DNA of 63,953 nucleotides from Bacteroidota bacterium (GTDB taxonomy: Bacteria > Bacteroidota > Bacteroidia > 2-12-FULL-35-15), in the NCBI GenBank assembly GCA_025363555.1, contig JANYDQ010000024.1:1-63953 (forward strand). The letters run 5' to 3'. Positions 26,272 through 35,198 of the stretch are shown here, in pieces (within the stretch, counting starts at the first letter, position 1; each line of letters begins with the position of its first letter). The notes under the pieces were generated by a model. That model saw only the letters and a list, made by a program, of their open reading frames with translations, made no database searches and was not told the DNA's origin. The position numbers and the translations under genes are program-made.

Positions 26272-27720
26272 ATGCAAAGTAAAATTATATCAGTCTGCAA
26301 ATTGAAAAACAAGTTGAACCATATCTTTTTTAAAACACTATTAATAGTAGTATTCGTCTGCATGTTGTTTTTTGCAAAAGCGCAATCAAATGTGAATGCG
26401 ATTCCTATTGTAGAAAAATATGTGGTAAGTTATAACGATGTTACCCGTATGAAATTTATGAACGATGACCAGTTATATAACGAAGGCTGGCAATCATTAC
26501 CTCAACCGCAGTTCTGGCAAAAAATAATGCTACTTTCTCCGGATTCGGCAATGATAAGCGTTGCGGGCACCAGGCAGATATTAAATAAAATTGCTTTATG
26601 CGATTGGAATAAAATGACCGAAACGGAACATAACTTTTACAAAGAAAGTTTGCGCTGTGCTAATGGAGTGTGCGAAAGTTCGGACGTATTAGTTACCATT
26701 GGCAAAAAAGATTTTTATGATTATAAAAAAGCAATGCCGATTATTAATCGCTCTATTGATGTGTTCAAACAAAATGGAGTGGACCCATGGTATGCCCAGG
26801 CAATACTATTAATTGAAAGTCCCGGAAAAATGAATACCAAATCAGGAGTGGGAGCTAACGGTCCGTTTCAATTGATGAAAGCCGTAGCCAAAAAAGAAGG
26901 ACTGATAGTAAACGGAAAAATAGATGAACGCACCAATGTAGAAAAATCGGCAATGGGAGCAGCTCGTTTATTAAAAACTATTTGTATTCCTTACACCAAA
27001 ATGATTTTGGACAGCGCGCACCTTGTCTATAACGAAACTGATTTATGGTTTCGCTTATTAGTTTTGCATTCTTATCATGCAGGCGCAGGGAATGTGGCTG
27101 GAGTAATTAAAAAAATAAATCCTTCTGAAGGCGGAATGGCATTGATACAACAAGTATGGCAAACAACCTGGGGAGGATTCAGAAATGCTTCACAAAATTA
27201 TTCGCAGTTAGCATTGGCTGCCTTTTGTAATTTTGATGAACTGGTAATGCAGCAAAAAGATTCGGTGTATTTAATAGATGGCGATAGAATGTATAATTCG
27301 TATTGTACCTGCAAATATGCTCCCTTTGACGAATGCAGCTATTTAGGAAATTGTATTAAGAGTTACCAGTCCGATTTATTAGCCGGAAGTATTCCTTTCG
27401 ATTATTTTGCAGCAAAAGTAAAAGCAGTGCAAACACAATTAAGCGGAATTGCTCCTGCCCAATCTCCTTATACAGATGAACATTTTAATGATATTGGATT
27501 TCAGTTATTGAGAGCACGAAAAATGGATATGGCTTATAAAGTATTCAAATTAAATGAAACTACTTATCCCGGTTCGTGGAGTGTTTATCATGGTTTGGGA
27601 CAAACCTGCCTGATGATGGGACAAAAAACACAAGCATTAGAATATTACCGTAAATCCATAAAACTAAATCCGGATAATGCGGATGGTGCAAAAGCCATTT
27701 CTCAACTAACAAGAAAGTAG
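26272..27720 (+). CDS. lytic transglycosylase (SLT) domain protein with C-terminal TPR repeats
   Basis: ILLIESPGK...GANGPFQLMKAVAKKEG (catalytic Glu-Ser plus GxxQ[LM]) and HSYHAGAGN. C-terminal TPR-like YKVFKLNE..ALEYYRKSIKLNPDNADG. Confidence 0.7.
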   Translation: MQSKIISVCKLKNKLNHIFFKTLLIVVFVCMLFFAKAQSNVNAIPIVEKYVVSYNDVTRMKFMNDDQLYNEGWQSLPQPQFWQKIMLLSPDSAMISVAGTRQILNKIALCDWNKMTETEHNFYKESLRCANGVCESSDVLVTIGKKDFYDYKKAMPIINRSIDVFKQNGVDPWYAQAILLIESPGKMNTKSGVGANGPFQLMKAVAKKEGLIVNGKIDERTNVEKSAMGAARLLKTICIPYTKMILDSAHLVYNETDLWFRLLVLHSYHAGAGNVAGVIKKINPSEGGMALIQQVWQTTWGGFRNASQNYSQLALAAFCNFDELVMQQKDSVYLIDGDRMYNSYCTCKYAPFDECSYLGNCIKSYQSDLLAGSIPFDYFAAKVKAVQTQLSGIAPAQSPYTDEHFNDIGFQLLRARKMDMAYKVFKLNETTYPGSWSVYHGLGQTCLMMGQKTQALEYYRKSIKLNPDNADGAKAISQLTRK

Positions 27721-27727
27721 CAAGTAA

Positions 27728-27767
27728 AAAAAATCGTTTAAGGTTATAAAACCCTGAACGATTTTTT
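27728..27767. terminator. bidirectional terminator hairpin between convergent genes
   Basis: AAAAAATCGTT (27728-27738) pairs with AACGATTTTTT (27757-27767). Confidence 0.55.
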
Positions 27768-27823
27768 ATTTATCCTAACTTAGTATTCAACCAAATTTAA
27801 CTTCTAAGTGAATAAAGTTTTTT

Positions 27824-30478
27824 TTAAAAGTCTTCTCCTTCGGGTTTTTTAGGCTTCTTTAATACTTTCTTTTCCTCTTTTTTGTCTGCTTCGTCCCAAT
27901 TAATTTTTAATTTAGAATCTTCAGCTTTTTGTTTTTTAGTAGTTAGAGTCGAATCTTTTTTAAACAAACCAAACTCTTCTTTCAAAACAGTTTTTAAGGT
28001 TTGTTTTTCCACTTTCAAATCCTTTTTTACATTCTGAACAGCACTTTTCGAATCGTATTTAATTACAGGATGATCCAGTGTACCGGTCATTAGTAAAAAA
28101 ATATTTTTTCTGCCTAACCCATCGTCTGCTATTTCTCCAAACTCATCATTTTCCGTTTTTACTTTCCGCGATTTCTTTGCTAACAGTTCATTCAATGATA
28201 ATTTTACTTTGTAATTAATATCATTGTTAAAAGTATGTGTGCCCGAAGCTATGATATTAATGGCATTCGATTTTACTTCCATTTTTGGGATAGTAACCAT
28301 TTTGTTTTTTATTTCTATTTGATTTTTGAGGGTAGAAAAACGAACGTTTTCCAAATCCTTTAATTCAATAAACCTCGACAAGCTTTTCATTGCTTCCACG
28401 TTATTTAACTCTCCGTTTTCTATTGTCATGTCAGCCCCTGCATATAATTTATCCATGTTGATTTTTAATTCAGGAGATAATTCTGTAGCAAAATTTACTT
28501 TGGCAGAAGCCACCCCCTTTATGTTTTTATCAGTAATGGCAGTCTCGCCAAAGTTTTCAAATTCATAAAACAATTTGGTAATGTTGATAGAATTCATATC
28601 CGAAAAACAGGTAACTAATAGTTTTGTTGTATCGCTTCCATCCACCAAACCGCTCGTAGTAATGTTCCCACCCATAGTAGAAAGTACTACCGGGTCGCAA
28701 ATGAGTTTCTTGTCTTTTAGTTTTATTGTTCCCTGGATATTAGTCGCCTCAAATTTTCGAAACACCAGGTGTTGTATTTCGCTGTTCAGGTTTACGTTGA
28801 TATGTTCAGAAAAACGAAGTTTGTATTTACTGTTCGATTCTTTGGTTTTATCTTTATTGGCAAGCAATTCATTCAAATCAATATTTTTAGAAATAAATGT
28901 GGCATCCACCGTTATATCCTGGTTTTCTTTTAAAATAAAACCCATCATGTTTTTAAAAGTTCCTTTCATATCAAAATCGCTGTGCCCGGCATTTCCGTTA
29001 AACGAATTTATTACCAAATCATTATTATCAAATTTAAAATCTCCGTTAATGGCAGTAAAAGTCATTGAATTATTTTTCAGTTTTAGATTCATGCCGGTAA
29101 TTGATAAATCACCGTTAGTGGTAACTGCATCATAATTTCCTGAAGATATGTTTTTGCCTTCGCCTGTAAATTCAGCATCTATCTTTATCTGCCCTGTAAT
29201 GGTTTCGATGGTATCTATTTTTATGAATTTCTGCAATTCATCTAAACTTAAACTTCCTTTTATTTTTCCATCGAAAGAAGGATTATCCAGGTTGCGGAAT
29301 GAAACTTCTCCTGCTATAGAACCTTTATTAATAGTGGCAGAAAAAGGAATAAGAGTAAGTTCAGAAGGTTGCTTTTTATTCTTGTTTCCATTACTGTAAT
29401 GCCCGTTTAAGTTTACATTATGCAATACTATATTATCTTTTATCCGCGAAATATCCGCATTTTTAATTCCAAAATCGGCAACTACCTGTGGAGTTTGTTT
29501 ATTAGAAAAACTACCTTGAACAGTTGCACTAAAATAAAATTCCCCGTTGCTTTCGTAATCATTTATTTTGCCTTTGTATTTATCAGGAATCAATGACAAT
29601 ACAGATTTTATATCCATATCCTTTCCCTTAATACCAAGGTTTAAAACAGGTTCATTGTTTGCCGCAATCACATTTCCGGTAACCTCAACAACTAAATTTT
29701 CTATTTTAAGTTTACCTTTTGTAATTTTATAAGATGGCATTTCTGTATCCACCGCTAAGTCCACCTGCGAATGAATGTTTTTCTTTTTTATATAAATAGT
29801 GCTGTCGGCTTTGAAATAGTTTACATATACATCACTCACTGTTTCCAGCGAATAATGTTTGTCAGAAAAATTTCCTGACAAATTACTTTTCTTAACAGTT
29901 GCATCTATGCTTTGTCTTGTTTTACTGTTTTTAAAAACAAACCGGACATTATTCAACACAATATCTTCCAGTGCAAACGAAAATGCTGTGTTTGCAGTAT
30001 CTGCAGAAGGTTTCCAGAAATGGTAATTATCATTCCCGTTTTTATCTATTCGTATTTTCAAATTGGCATTATCCACTTCTATCTTTTTGATATGATAATT
30101 TTTTTTGAAAACATCCACAATATTAAACTGGAGAGAAATTTCACCGGCATTAAACAACGTGTCTTTATTAGCACGATTCACAGCTTCTAAAACTTTTATA
30201 TTTTTAAAATCGATAGAAGCATGAGGAAAATTTTTGATTACCGTAAAGTCAATATCCTTTCCGTCCACAATTATTTCGGTGTTCAGTTGTTTGTTTAATT
30301 GCTTCACCACATATTCTTTTACTTCGTTTTGATAATAAATACCAATAATAATACCGGCTCCGATAGCGAGAAATAAAAAAATAAAAAACAAAATCATTAC
30401 CCGCAAAAGAATGCGAAATACGAGCGGGGACTTTTTGGGTGGAAGTACAGGAGGATTACTGATTGGTTCGGTTTCCAT
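27824..30478 (-). CDS. AsmA-family outer-membrane biogenesis protein
   Basis: 884 aa with a single N-terminal TM (ILFFIFLFLAIGAGIIIGIYY). Followed by a long beta-rich repetitive body typical of AsmA/TamB-like proteins and a K/E-rich tail. Confidence 0.7.
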   Translation of the reverse strand: METEPISNPPVLPPKKSPLVFRILLRVMILFFIFLFLAIGAGIIIGIYYQNEVKEYVVKQLNKQLNTEIIVDGKDIDFTVIKNFPHASIDFKNIKVLEAVNRANKDTLFNAGEISLQFNIVDVFKKNYHIKKIEVDNANLKIRIDKNGNDNYHFWKPSADTANTAFSFALEDIVLNNVRFVFKNSKTRQSIDATVKKSNLSGNFSDKHYSLETVSDVYVNYFKADSTIYIKKKNIHSQVDLAVDTEMPSYKITKGKLKIENLVVEVTGNVIAANNEPVLNLGIKGKDMDIKSVLSLIPDKYKGKINDYESNGEFYFSATVQGSFSNKQTPQVVADFGIKNADISRIKDNIVLHNVNLNGHYSNGNKNKKQPSELTLIPFSATINKGSIAGEVSFRNLDNPSFDGKIKGSLSLDELQKFIKIDTIETITGQIKIDAEFTGEGKNISSGNYDAVTTNGDLSITGMNLKLKNNSMTFTAINGDFKFDNNDLVINSFNGNAGHSDFDMKGTFKNMMGFILKENQDITVDATFISKNIDLNELLANKDKTKESNSKYKLRFSEHINVNLNSEIQHLVFRKFEATNIQGTIKLKDKKLICDPVVLSTMGGNITTSGLVDGSDTTKLLVTCFSDMNSINITKLFYEFENFGETAITDKNIKGVASAKVNFATELSPELKINMDKLYAGADMTIENGELNNVEAMKSLSRFIELKDLENVRFSTLKNQIEIKNKMVTIPKMEVKSNAINIIASGTHTFNNDINYKVKLSLNELLAKKSRKVKTENDEFGEIADDGLGRKNIFLLMTGTLDHPVIKYDSKSAVQNVKKDLKVEKQTLKTVLKEEFGLFKKDSTLTTKKQKAEDSKLKINWDEADKKEEKKVLKKPKKPEGEDF

Positions 30479-30499
30479 TGGTTTACAAAGATAAATAAA

Positions 30500-30562
30500 A
30501 TTCGCCTCGTCCCTTCATCCCCTCTGCAAACGAGAGGTGGAGGGACTTACAAGATGGCGAAT
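30500..30562 (-). terminator. long imperfect hairpin/terminator after the 30594-31163 gene
   Basis: ATTCGCC..GTCCCT..CCTCT..AGAGG..AGGGAC..GGCGAAT nested inverted repeats. On the minus strand the hairpin is followed by TTTATTTATCTTTG. Confidence 0.5.
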
Positions 30563-30593
30563 ACAAAATTAGTTTCTAAAATTCATTTATTTT

Positions 30594-31163
30594 TTAAATG
30601 GTTGGCATTTTTTTAAATCCAAACCTGAATCCTATATTAAGCATTACTAAAGGATTTGGCTCTTTATCGTTGAGCAGATAAGAACAGCTTAGCCCGGTAA
30701 CGGGGTAAATGGCGTATCCTTTATTTCTCGGAAAAGGTTTGAAATCATAACCGGTTTCAAAAGCTACTCCTGTGCGGTGGATAATGTATTTGCCATTACC
30801 CATGGAAGAACCAAGCGGGTCTTCTATGTAATTGTCTAAAGCTATTTCATGATTGTGTGCAAACCCTGCACCAAGGTAAAAACCTTTTACAAGAAATAAA
30901 CGGTAGGTAACAGTAATAGCGCCTGCTTCGCGCTGAGGTGAAGTTATATATACTTCTTTTACCCGAAAGTCAACAGCACTTTGTTTTCTGCCGGTTCTGA
31001 AAAAAGCACCAACAGCTCCATGAACCCCACCTGCAAAAGCAGAATGGTATATTCCTCCGCTATAACCTATTTCAAGGTATATCCGGTGGTGATTGTTTAA
31101 TTCCTGTGCGCTTACATTATATGCAAAAACACTTATAACGATTACTACAATTGATTTTTTCAT
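30594..31163 (-). CDS. small outer-membrane beta-barrel (porin-family/OmpW-like) protein
   Basis: Signal peptide MKKSIVVIVISVFAYNVSAQ, alternating aromatic/Gly beta-strand pattern, and a C-terminal strand LNIGFRFGF. Confidence 0.55.
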   Translation of the reverse strand: MKKSIVVIVISVFAYNVSAQELNNHHRIYLEIGYSGGIYHSAFAGGVHGAVGAFFRTGRKQSAVDFRVKEVYITSPQREAGAITVTYRLFLVKGFYLGAGFAHNHEIALDNYIEDPLGSSMGNGKYIIHRTGVAFETGYDFKPFPRNKGYAIYPVTGLSCSYLLNDKEPNPLVMLNIGFRFGFKKMPTI

Positions 31164-31402
31164 TTGCTTTAAATTTTTTATAGATTAGTAATTAAATTTA
31201 TTTGCCCAGTTTTAATTTTGACTTTCATCTTATTTTTGACTTAAGTTGTTATACGATTAGCTTTCATTTTACTTCTATTTCGAGCGTTTTGTAAGTGAAT
31301 CGACTTGACTATCGAAACGCATCGTACCTTGGCCAGGTAGTATCATTACTAGTATATTGCTTTTGTTTTTATGGCTTTAATTTATGCTATTAACTCTTTT
31401 GC

Positions 31403-31612
31403 TTAAGGTCTTGCGGATGCTCCATCCGCGTATGCCGATGCTCTTTTCATGTACGTGAAAATAATTTTCACGTACACGAAAATCATTTCGGGATATGCCG
31501 ATTCTTTTTTAAAGTACTTCAAAGTTTCATCCGCGTATGCCGATGCTCTTAGTTTTTGCAGGAAAGGTATTTTTCGATTACAAAAACTTCCTTCTGCATT
31601 CGGCTTATAATC
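31403..31612 (-). repeat. tandem array of about 10 units of 21 bp with a 105-bp higher-order repeat
   Basis: Units cut at 31424, 31445 ... share GTA/ATA at unit positions 7-9 (atccgcGTAtgccgatgctct, tttcatGTAcgtgaaaataat, tttcacGTAcacgaaaatcat, ttcgggATAtgccgattcttt, tttaaaGTActtcaaagtttc). The 23-mer CATCCGCGTATGCCGATGCTCTT occurs at 31423 and 31528, which is 5 x 21 bp apart. Embedded palindromes include GCGGAT-N5-ATCCGC and GTACGTGAAA-N5-TTTCACGTAC. Confidence 0.75.
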
Positions 31613-32003
31613 CAAAAACAGGGCAAAAACATTTATTTATTCAATCAAAGAACGAAAAACGCTTATTTATAAGCGTACTTTAAAAATTTTGTGAAATTTG
31701 CCTGCCCCTAATATTGCGGGGTTCAGGACTTTTAAAGTAGTAAGGTTCACTACATGGGTTGAGATTATGGTTTAAGTAATTTTATTATAATTGCTTTTAT
31801 ATCTTTTACGAGCGTTTTTTAAAAAGGTTTCACTTTTTGCCAATTATTTTTATTTTGGTTGATTTCAGGGCGTTTCGGAGGCAGTTTTTTTTGCCCGAAA
31901 TAAAAATTTCAGTTTCCGGAAATAAATTTTAATAATAAATGCTTTGACGCATATTCCAAAGAATGTAATTGCGCAAATTGGCGTAACCAATAGCACAATT
32001 AAT

Positions 32004-32011
32004 TATCTTTG
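32004..32011 (+). promoter_or_regulatory. Bacteroidota -7 box candidate (TATCTTTG)
   Basis: TAnnTTTG match 22 bp upstream of the ATG at 32033. This argues against the longer ORF start at 32009. Confidence 0.4.
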
Positions 32012-32032
32012 CATTTCACAAAAATAAATAAT

Positions 32033-32473
32033 ATGAAAACAGCTGAAATAGTAACCGCCAAAGGCGCGATGAAAGTGGAGTTTTACGAAAAAGATGCTCC
32101 GAACACAGTAAAAAACTTTTGCGATTTGGCAAAGAAAGGATTTTATGATGGATTGACCTTTCACAGGGTTATTCCTGATTTTGTAATCCAGGGAGGCTGT
32201 CCTAACGGCACAGGCAGTGGCGGACCGGGCTACAAAATAAAATGTGAACTCACCGGAGGAAACCAGTATCACGACAAAGGTGTGCTTTCCATGGCTCATG
32301 CCGGAAGAGATACAGGAGGTTCGCAATTTTTTATTGTATTGAGTCGTGATCATACTGCTCACCTGGATGGGGTTCATACCTGTTTTGGCAAAGTAGTGGA
32401 AGGGCTGGATGTAATTGATAAAATTCGCCAGGGAGATGTGATTCAAAAGATAACCGTTACCGAAACTGCTTAA
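32033..32473 (+). CDS. ppiB: peptidyl-prolyl cis-trans isomerase, cyclophilin type
   Basis: [38 protein letters not shown] and [15 protein letters not shown]. Confidence 0.9.
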   Translation: MKTAEIVTAKGAMKVEFYEKDAPNTVKNFCDLAKKGFYDGLTFHRVIPDFVIQGGCPNGTGSGGPGYKIKCELTGGNQYHDKGVLSMAHAGRDTGGSQFFIVLSRDHTAHLDGVHTCFGKVVEGLDVIDKIRQGDVIQKITVTETA

Positions 32474-32595
32474 AATTTCCACCCGTAAAGGAATTTTACC
32501 ATTCGTGTAATTTTTGAATTGCATGACAGAGCAAACCGTAATTTTGTATTGAAATTCTTTTAATACATAGTAATGTGTTTAATTTTATTTCACAC

Positions 32596-32633
32596 AGGGA
32601 ATGGCACCGTAGCAGCCATTCCCTTATTTATTG
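32596..32633 (+). terminator. rho-independent terminator after the PPIase gene
   Basis: AGGGAATGGC (32596-32605) pairs with GCCATTCCCT (32615-32624), then TATTTATT. Confidence 0.6.
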
Positions 32634-32647
32634 ATACGGATATATTA

Positions 32648-32742
32648 GTACGGATAACGAATTATTTCGAATTTACGAATCCACATCTTATAAAAACGGT
32701 TTAGCTTCGATTCGTAAATTCGTAATAATTGGTTATCCGTAC
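32648..32742 (+). promoter_or_regulatory. 34-bp inverted repeat (32/34 complementary) immediately upstream of the LytS-like kinase gene
   Basis: The left arm is GTACGGATAACGAATTATTTCGAATTTACGAATC (32648-32681). The right arm is GATTCGTAAATTCGTAATAATTGGTTATCCGTAC (32709-32742). The loop is 27 nt and the repeat ends 15 bp before the ATG at 32757. Confidence 0.6.
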
Positions 32743-32756
32743 CCAGTTTATTTCAC

Positions 32757-33815
32757 ATGACACAAAAAAAAATTTACTGGATTTGTCAGCTTGGCGGATG
32801 GTTGATATTTGTTTTGTTTCAATGTGTTTTTGCCCGCCTTAACGGAACTTTCAATTTTAGTTTTGCCGTCAGCCAGTTTATTCTTTTCGTTTTCGGAGTG
32901 CTCATCTCTCATATTTACCGCAGTTTAATTATTCAGTTTGGCTGGTTACGATTAAACACCCTTTTAGTAGTTCCCCTGGTTATTTTTGCTTCTTTGCTTT
33001 TTGCCACGCTTCATGATTATGGACAATATGGAATGGAATCGCTGTTGAATATTGCTGGCAACAGGCATTTGAATAATGTAGTAATTGTTTCGGCAGTGCT
33101 TAACCTTGCATTTGTTTATTTTTTCTGGTCGCTAATTTATTTCCTGTTTCATTTTATTCAGAATTATAAAAAAGCAGAAATTGAAAATTTTAAATGGCAG
33201 GCATCTATCAATGAAATAGAATTGAACAAACTGAAATCGCAATTGAACCCCCACTTTATGTTTAATGCCATGAATAGTATCAGAGCGCTTGTGGACGAAA
33301 ACCCAACGAAATCCAAAGAAGCAATTACCCAGCTTAGTAATCTTTTGCGAAATACTTTGCAAATGGGAAAAAATAAAGTGATTGCTTTTAATGAAGAAAT
33401 AAAAATTGTGAACGATTATTTGGCACTGGAATCGGTTCGTTACGAAGAACGATTGCGAGTAATTATGCAAATAGATGCAAGGAGCCTGGAGTTTGAAGTT
33501 CCTCCCCTGATGATTCAGACACTGGTGGAAAATGGAATTAAACACGGTATTTCGAAATTTACCGAAGGCGGAATTCTGGAAGTGGTGACAAAAGTGGAGA
33601 ATGAAAAATTAATTATTACCATTCGCAACAGCGGGCAGTTAAAAGAGATGGCAGCAACCGACAGCGGTTTCGGGATAAAGAATACACGACAGCGTTTACA
33701 TTTGTTGTATGGTAATGAAGCTTCGCTTAAAATTAAAAATCAGGACTTAATCTATGTAATAACCGAATTAATAATTCCTAAAAATGTGGTAACCTATGAA
33801 AGCAATAATAATTGA
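32757..33815 (+). CDS. sensor histidine kinase, LytS/YehU family
   Basis: About 5 N-terminal TM spans. His_kinase (PF06580-type) box LKSQLNPHFMFNAMNSI, and HATPase motifs LVENGIKHG and GFGIKNTRQRL. Confidence 0.8.
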   Translation: MTQKKIYWICQLGGWLIFVLFQCVFARLNGTFNFSFAVSQFILFVFGVLISHIYRSLIIQFGWLRLNTLLVVPLVIFASLLFATLHDYGQYGMESLLNIAGNRHLNNVVIVSAVLNLAFVYFFWSLIYFLFHFIQNYKKAEIENFKWQASINEIELNKLKSQLNPHFMFNAMNSIRALVDENPTKSKEAITQLSNLLRNTLQMGKNKVIAFNEEIKIVNDYLALESVRYEERLRVIMQIDARSLEFEVPPLMIQTLVENGIKHGISKFTEGGILEVVTKVENEKLIITIRNSGQLKEMAATDSGFGIKNTRQRLHLLYGNEASLKIKNQDLIYVITELIIPKNVVTYESNNN

Positions 33816-34518
33816 TGACGAACGTTTAGCTCGCCAGGAGTTGAAAAATTTATTGGCTGCTTATCCCGAAATACAGGTAGTGGGAGAAGCTGCCAATGCC
33901 GAACAGGCAATGGAAATGATTGAAAAATTAAATCCTGATGTTATATTCCTGGATATTCAGATGCCCGGCAAAAACGGGTTTGAGTTGCTGGAAGAGATAA
34001 GCGGTGTGCCCGAAGTAGTATTTGTTACTGCTTTTGATGAGTATGCCATCCGTGCATTTGAAGTAAATGCGCTGGATTATTTATTGAAACCGATTCAACC
34101 CAGCCGCCTGGCAGAAACAGTAAAAAAGATTTTGGATAAAGAAAGTTTGGACAAACTGGAAACCACTGCGCCTACTTATTTACTTTCGGATAAAGACCAG
34201 GTGTTTGTAAAAGATGGTGACAAATGCTGGTTTGTAAAGTTAAGTGAGGTAAGGCTTTTGGAGTCGGAAGGAAATTATGTAAGAGTACATTTTGATAAAA
34301 ACCATCCGTTGATTCTTCGTTCGTTAAATCAACTGGAAGAACGATTAGATGTAAGAACATTTTTCAGGGCAAGCAGGAAATACATTATTAATCTGAAATG
34401 GGTGGAAGGGATTGAAAACTGGTTTAGCGGAGGCTTGATGGTAACTTTAAAAGGAGGAGAGCGAATAGAACTATCGAGAAGACAAGCAGCAAGGTTAAGG
34501 GGGTTGATGAGTTTATAA
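33796..34518 (+). CDS. LytTR-family response regulator
   Basis: Receiver domain (IIDDE...PDVIFLDIQMPG..GFE...VVFVTAF...ALDYLLKP) followed by a C-terminal LytTR-type DNA-binding domain (..LLESEGNYVRVH...SLNQLEERL....FFRASRKYIINL). Overlaps the kinase gene by 20 nt. Confidence 0.85.
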   Translation: MKAIIIDDERLARQELKNLLAAYPEIQVVGEAANAEQAMEMIEKLNPDVIFLDIQMPGKNGFELLEEISGVPEVVFVTAFDEYAIRAFEVNALDYLLKPIQPSRLAETVKKILDKESLDKLETTAPTYLLSDKDQVFVKDGDKCWFVKLSEVRLLESEGNYVRVHFDKNHPLILRSLNQLEERLDVRTFFRASRKYIINLKWVEGIENWFSGGLMVTLKGGERIELSRRQAARLRGLMSL

Positions 34519-34523
34519 ACTCT

Positions 34524-34599
34524 CGTCATTGCGAGCGTAGCGAAGCAATCTATTGAGAGGAAACATATCAGGGATTGCTTCGCTACGCTCGCAATGACG
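34524..34599. repeat. perfect 27-bp inverted repeat (REP-like palindromic element / bidirectional terminator)
   Basis: CGTCATTGCGAGCGTAGCGAAGCAATC (34524-34550) and its exact reverse complement (34573-34599). It lies between convergent genes. The sequence type recurs in Bacteroidota genomes. Confidence 0.7.
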
Positions 34600-34607
34600 A
34601 ACCCCTT

Positions 34608-35198
34608 TCAGATATTTGAATTTAGAATTTCTGACTTAATATAACTCTGAAGTTCCGGAAAGAAAATTTTAAATTCATTTTCAAACAAACTAAAATGTTC
34701 TTTCAAATCATCTATGGCATATTCCATATTCGATTCAAACTTTGCTCTTCGCGACATTCCGTAAAGCACTTTTTCTATTCCTTCCAGTTTTGAATACCCT
34801 AAAAGAATGTTATGTTCCAGCATGTATTTAGTAAAGTGAACAGATTTTGCAGGAAGAATAGAATAGTTTTTCCTGATGATGGAATAAATGTTTTGCACAA
34901 AAGTGGCTAAGTCAACGTCAGCATAGTCTTTCCAATTGACAGCCAAATAATGGTCGTAATAAATATCCACTATAACGCTTGAATATTTTCTGTATTTTTC
35001 TCTTAGTCTTTGTTTGCTTTGCGCTACCACAGGATGCGAATCGGTAAACGCATCTATTTTTCTGTGAAGTAAAATTCCCTGTTGTATCTCTTTTGAAAAA
35101 TTATTATACGCGCTTCCCTTTACTGAATCAGCAATAAAATTTCCGATAATCAAACCTTCGTTATTACCTGCCAGGTAAAGGTGGGATAGAAAGTTCAT
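34608..35198 (-). CDS. acpH: acyl carrier protein phosphodiesterase
   Basis: N-terminus MNFLSHLYLAG....IGNFIADSVKG matches the AcpH signature. Confidence 0.75.
   Translation of the reverse strand: MNFLSHLYLAGNNEGLIIGNFIADSVKGSAYNNFSKEIQQGILLHRKIDAFTDSHPVVAQSKQRLREKYRKYSSVIVDIYYDHYLAVNWKDYADVDLATFVQNIYSIIRKNYSILPAKSVHFTKYMLEHNILLGYSKLEGIEKVLYGMSRRAKFESNMEYAIDDLKEHFSLFENEFKIFFPELQSYIKSEILNSNI

Noticed and set aside
26083-26277. 64-aa minus-strand ORF in the divergent intergenic region between the AlgX-like and SLT genes
   Set aside because: It is short, has no features, and occupies what is most likely the shared promoter region.
32003-32524. 173-aa minus-strand ORF antisense to the cyclophilin gene. 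Similar antisense ORFs lie inside the AsmA gene (28575-29135 and others).
   Set aside because: The sense-strand proteins have unambiguous family motifs and the antisense ORFs have none.
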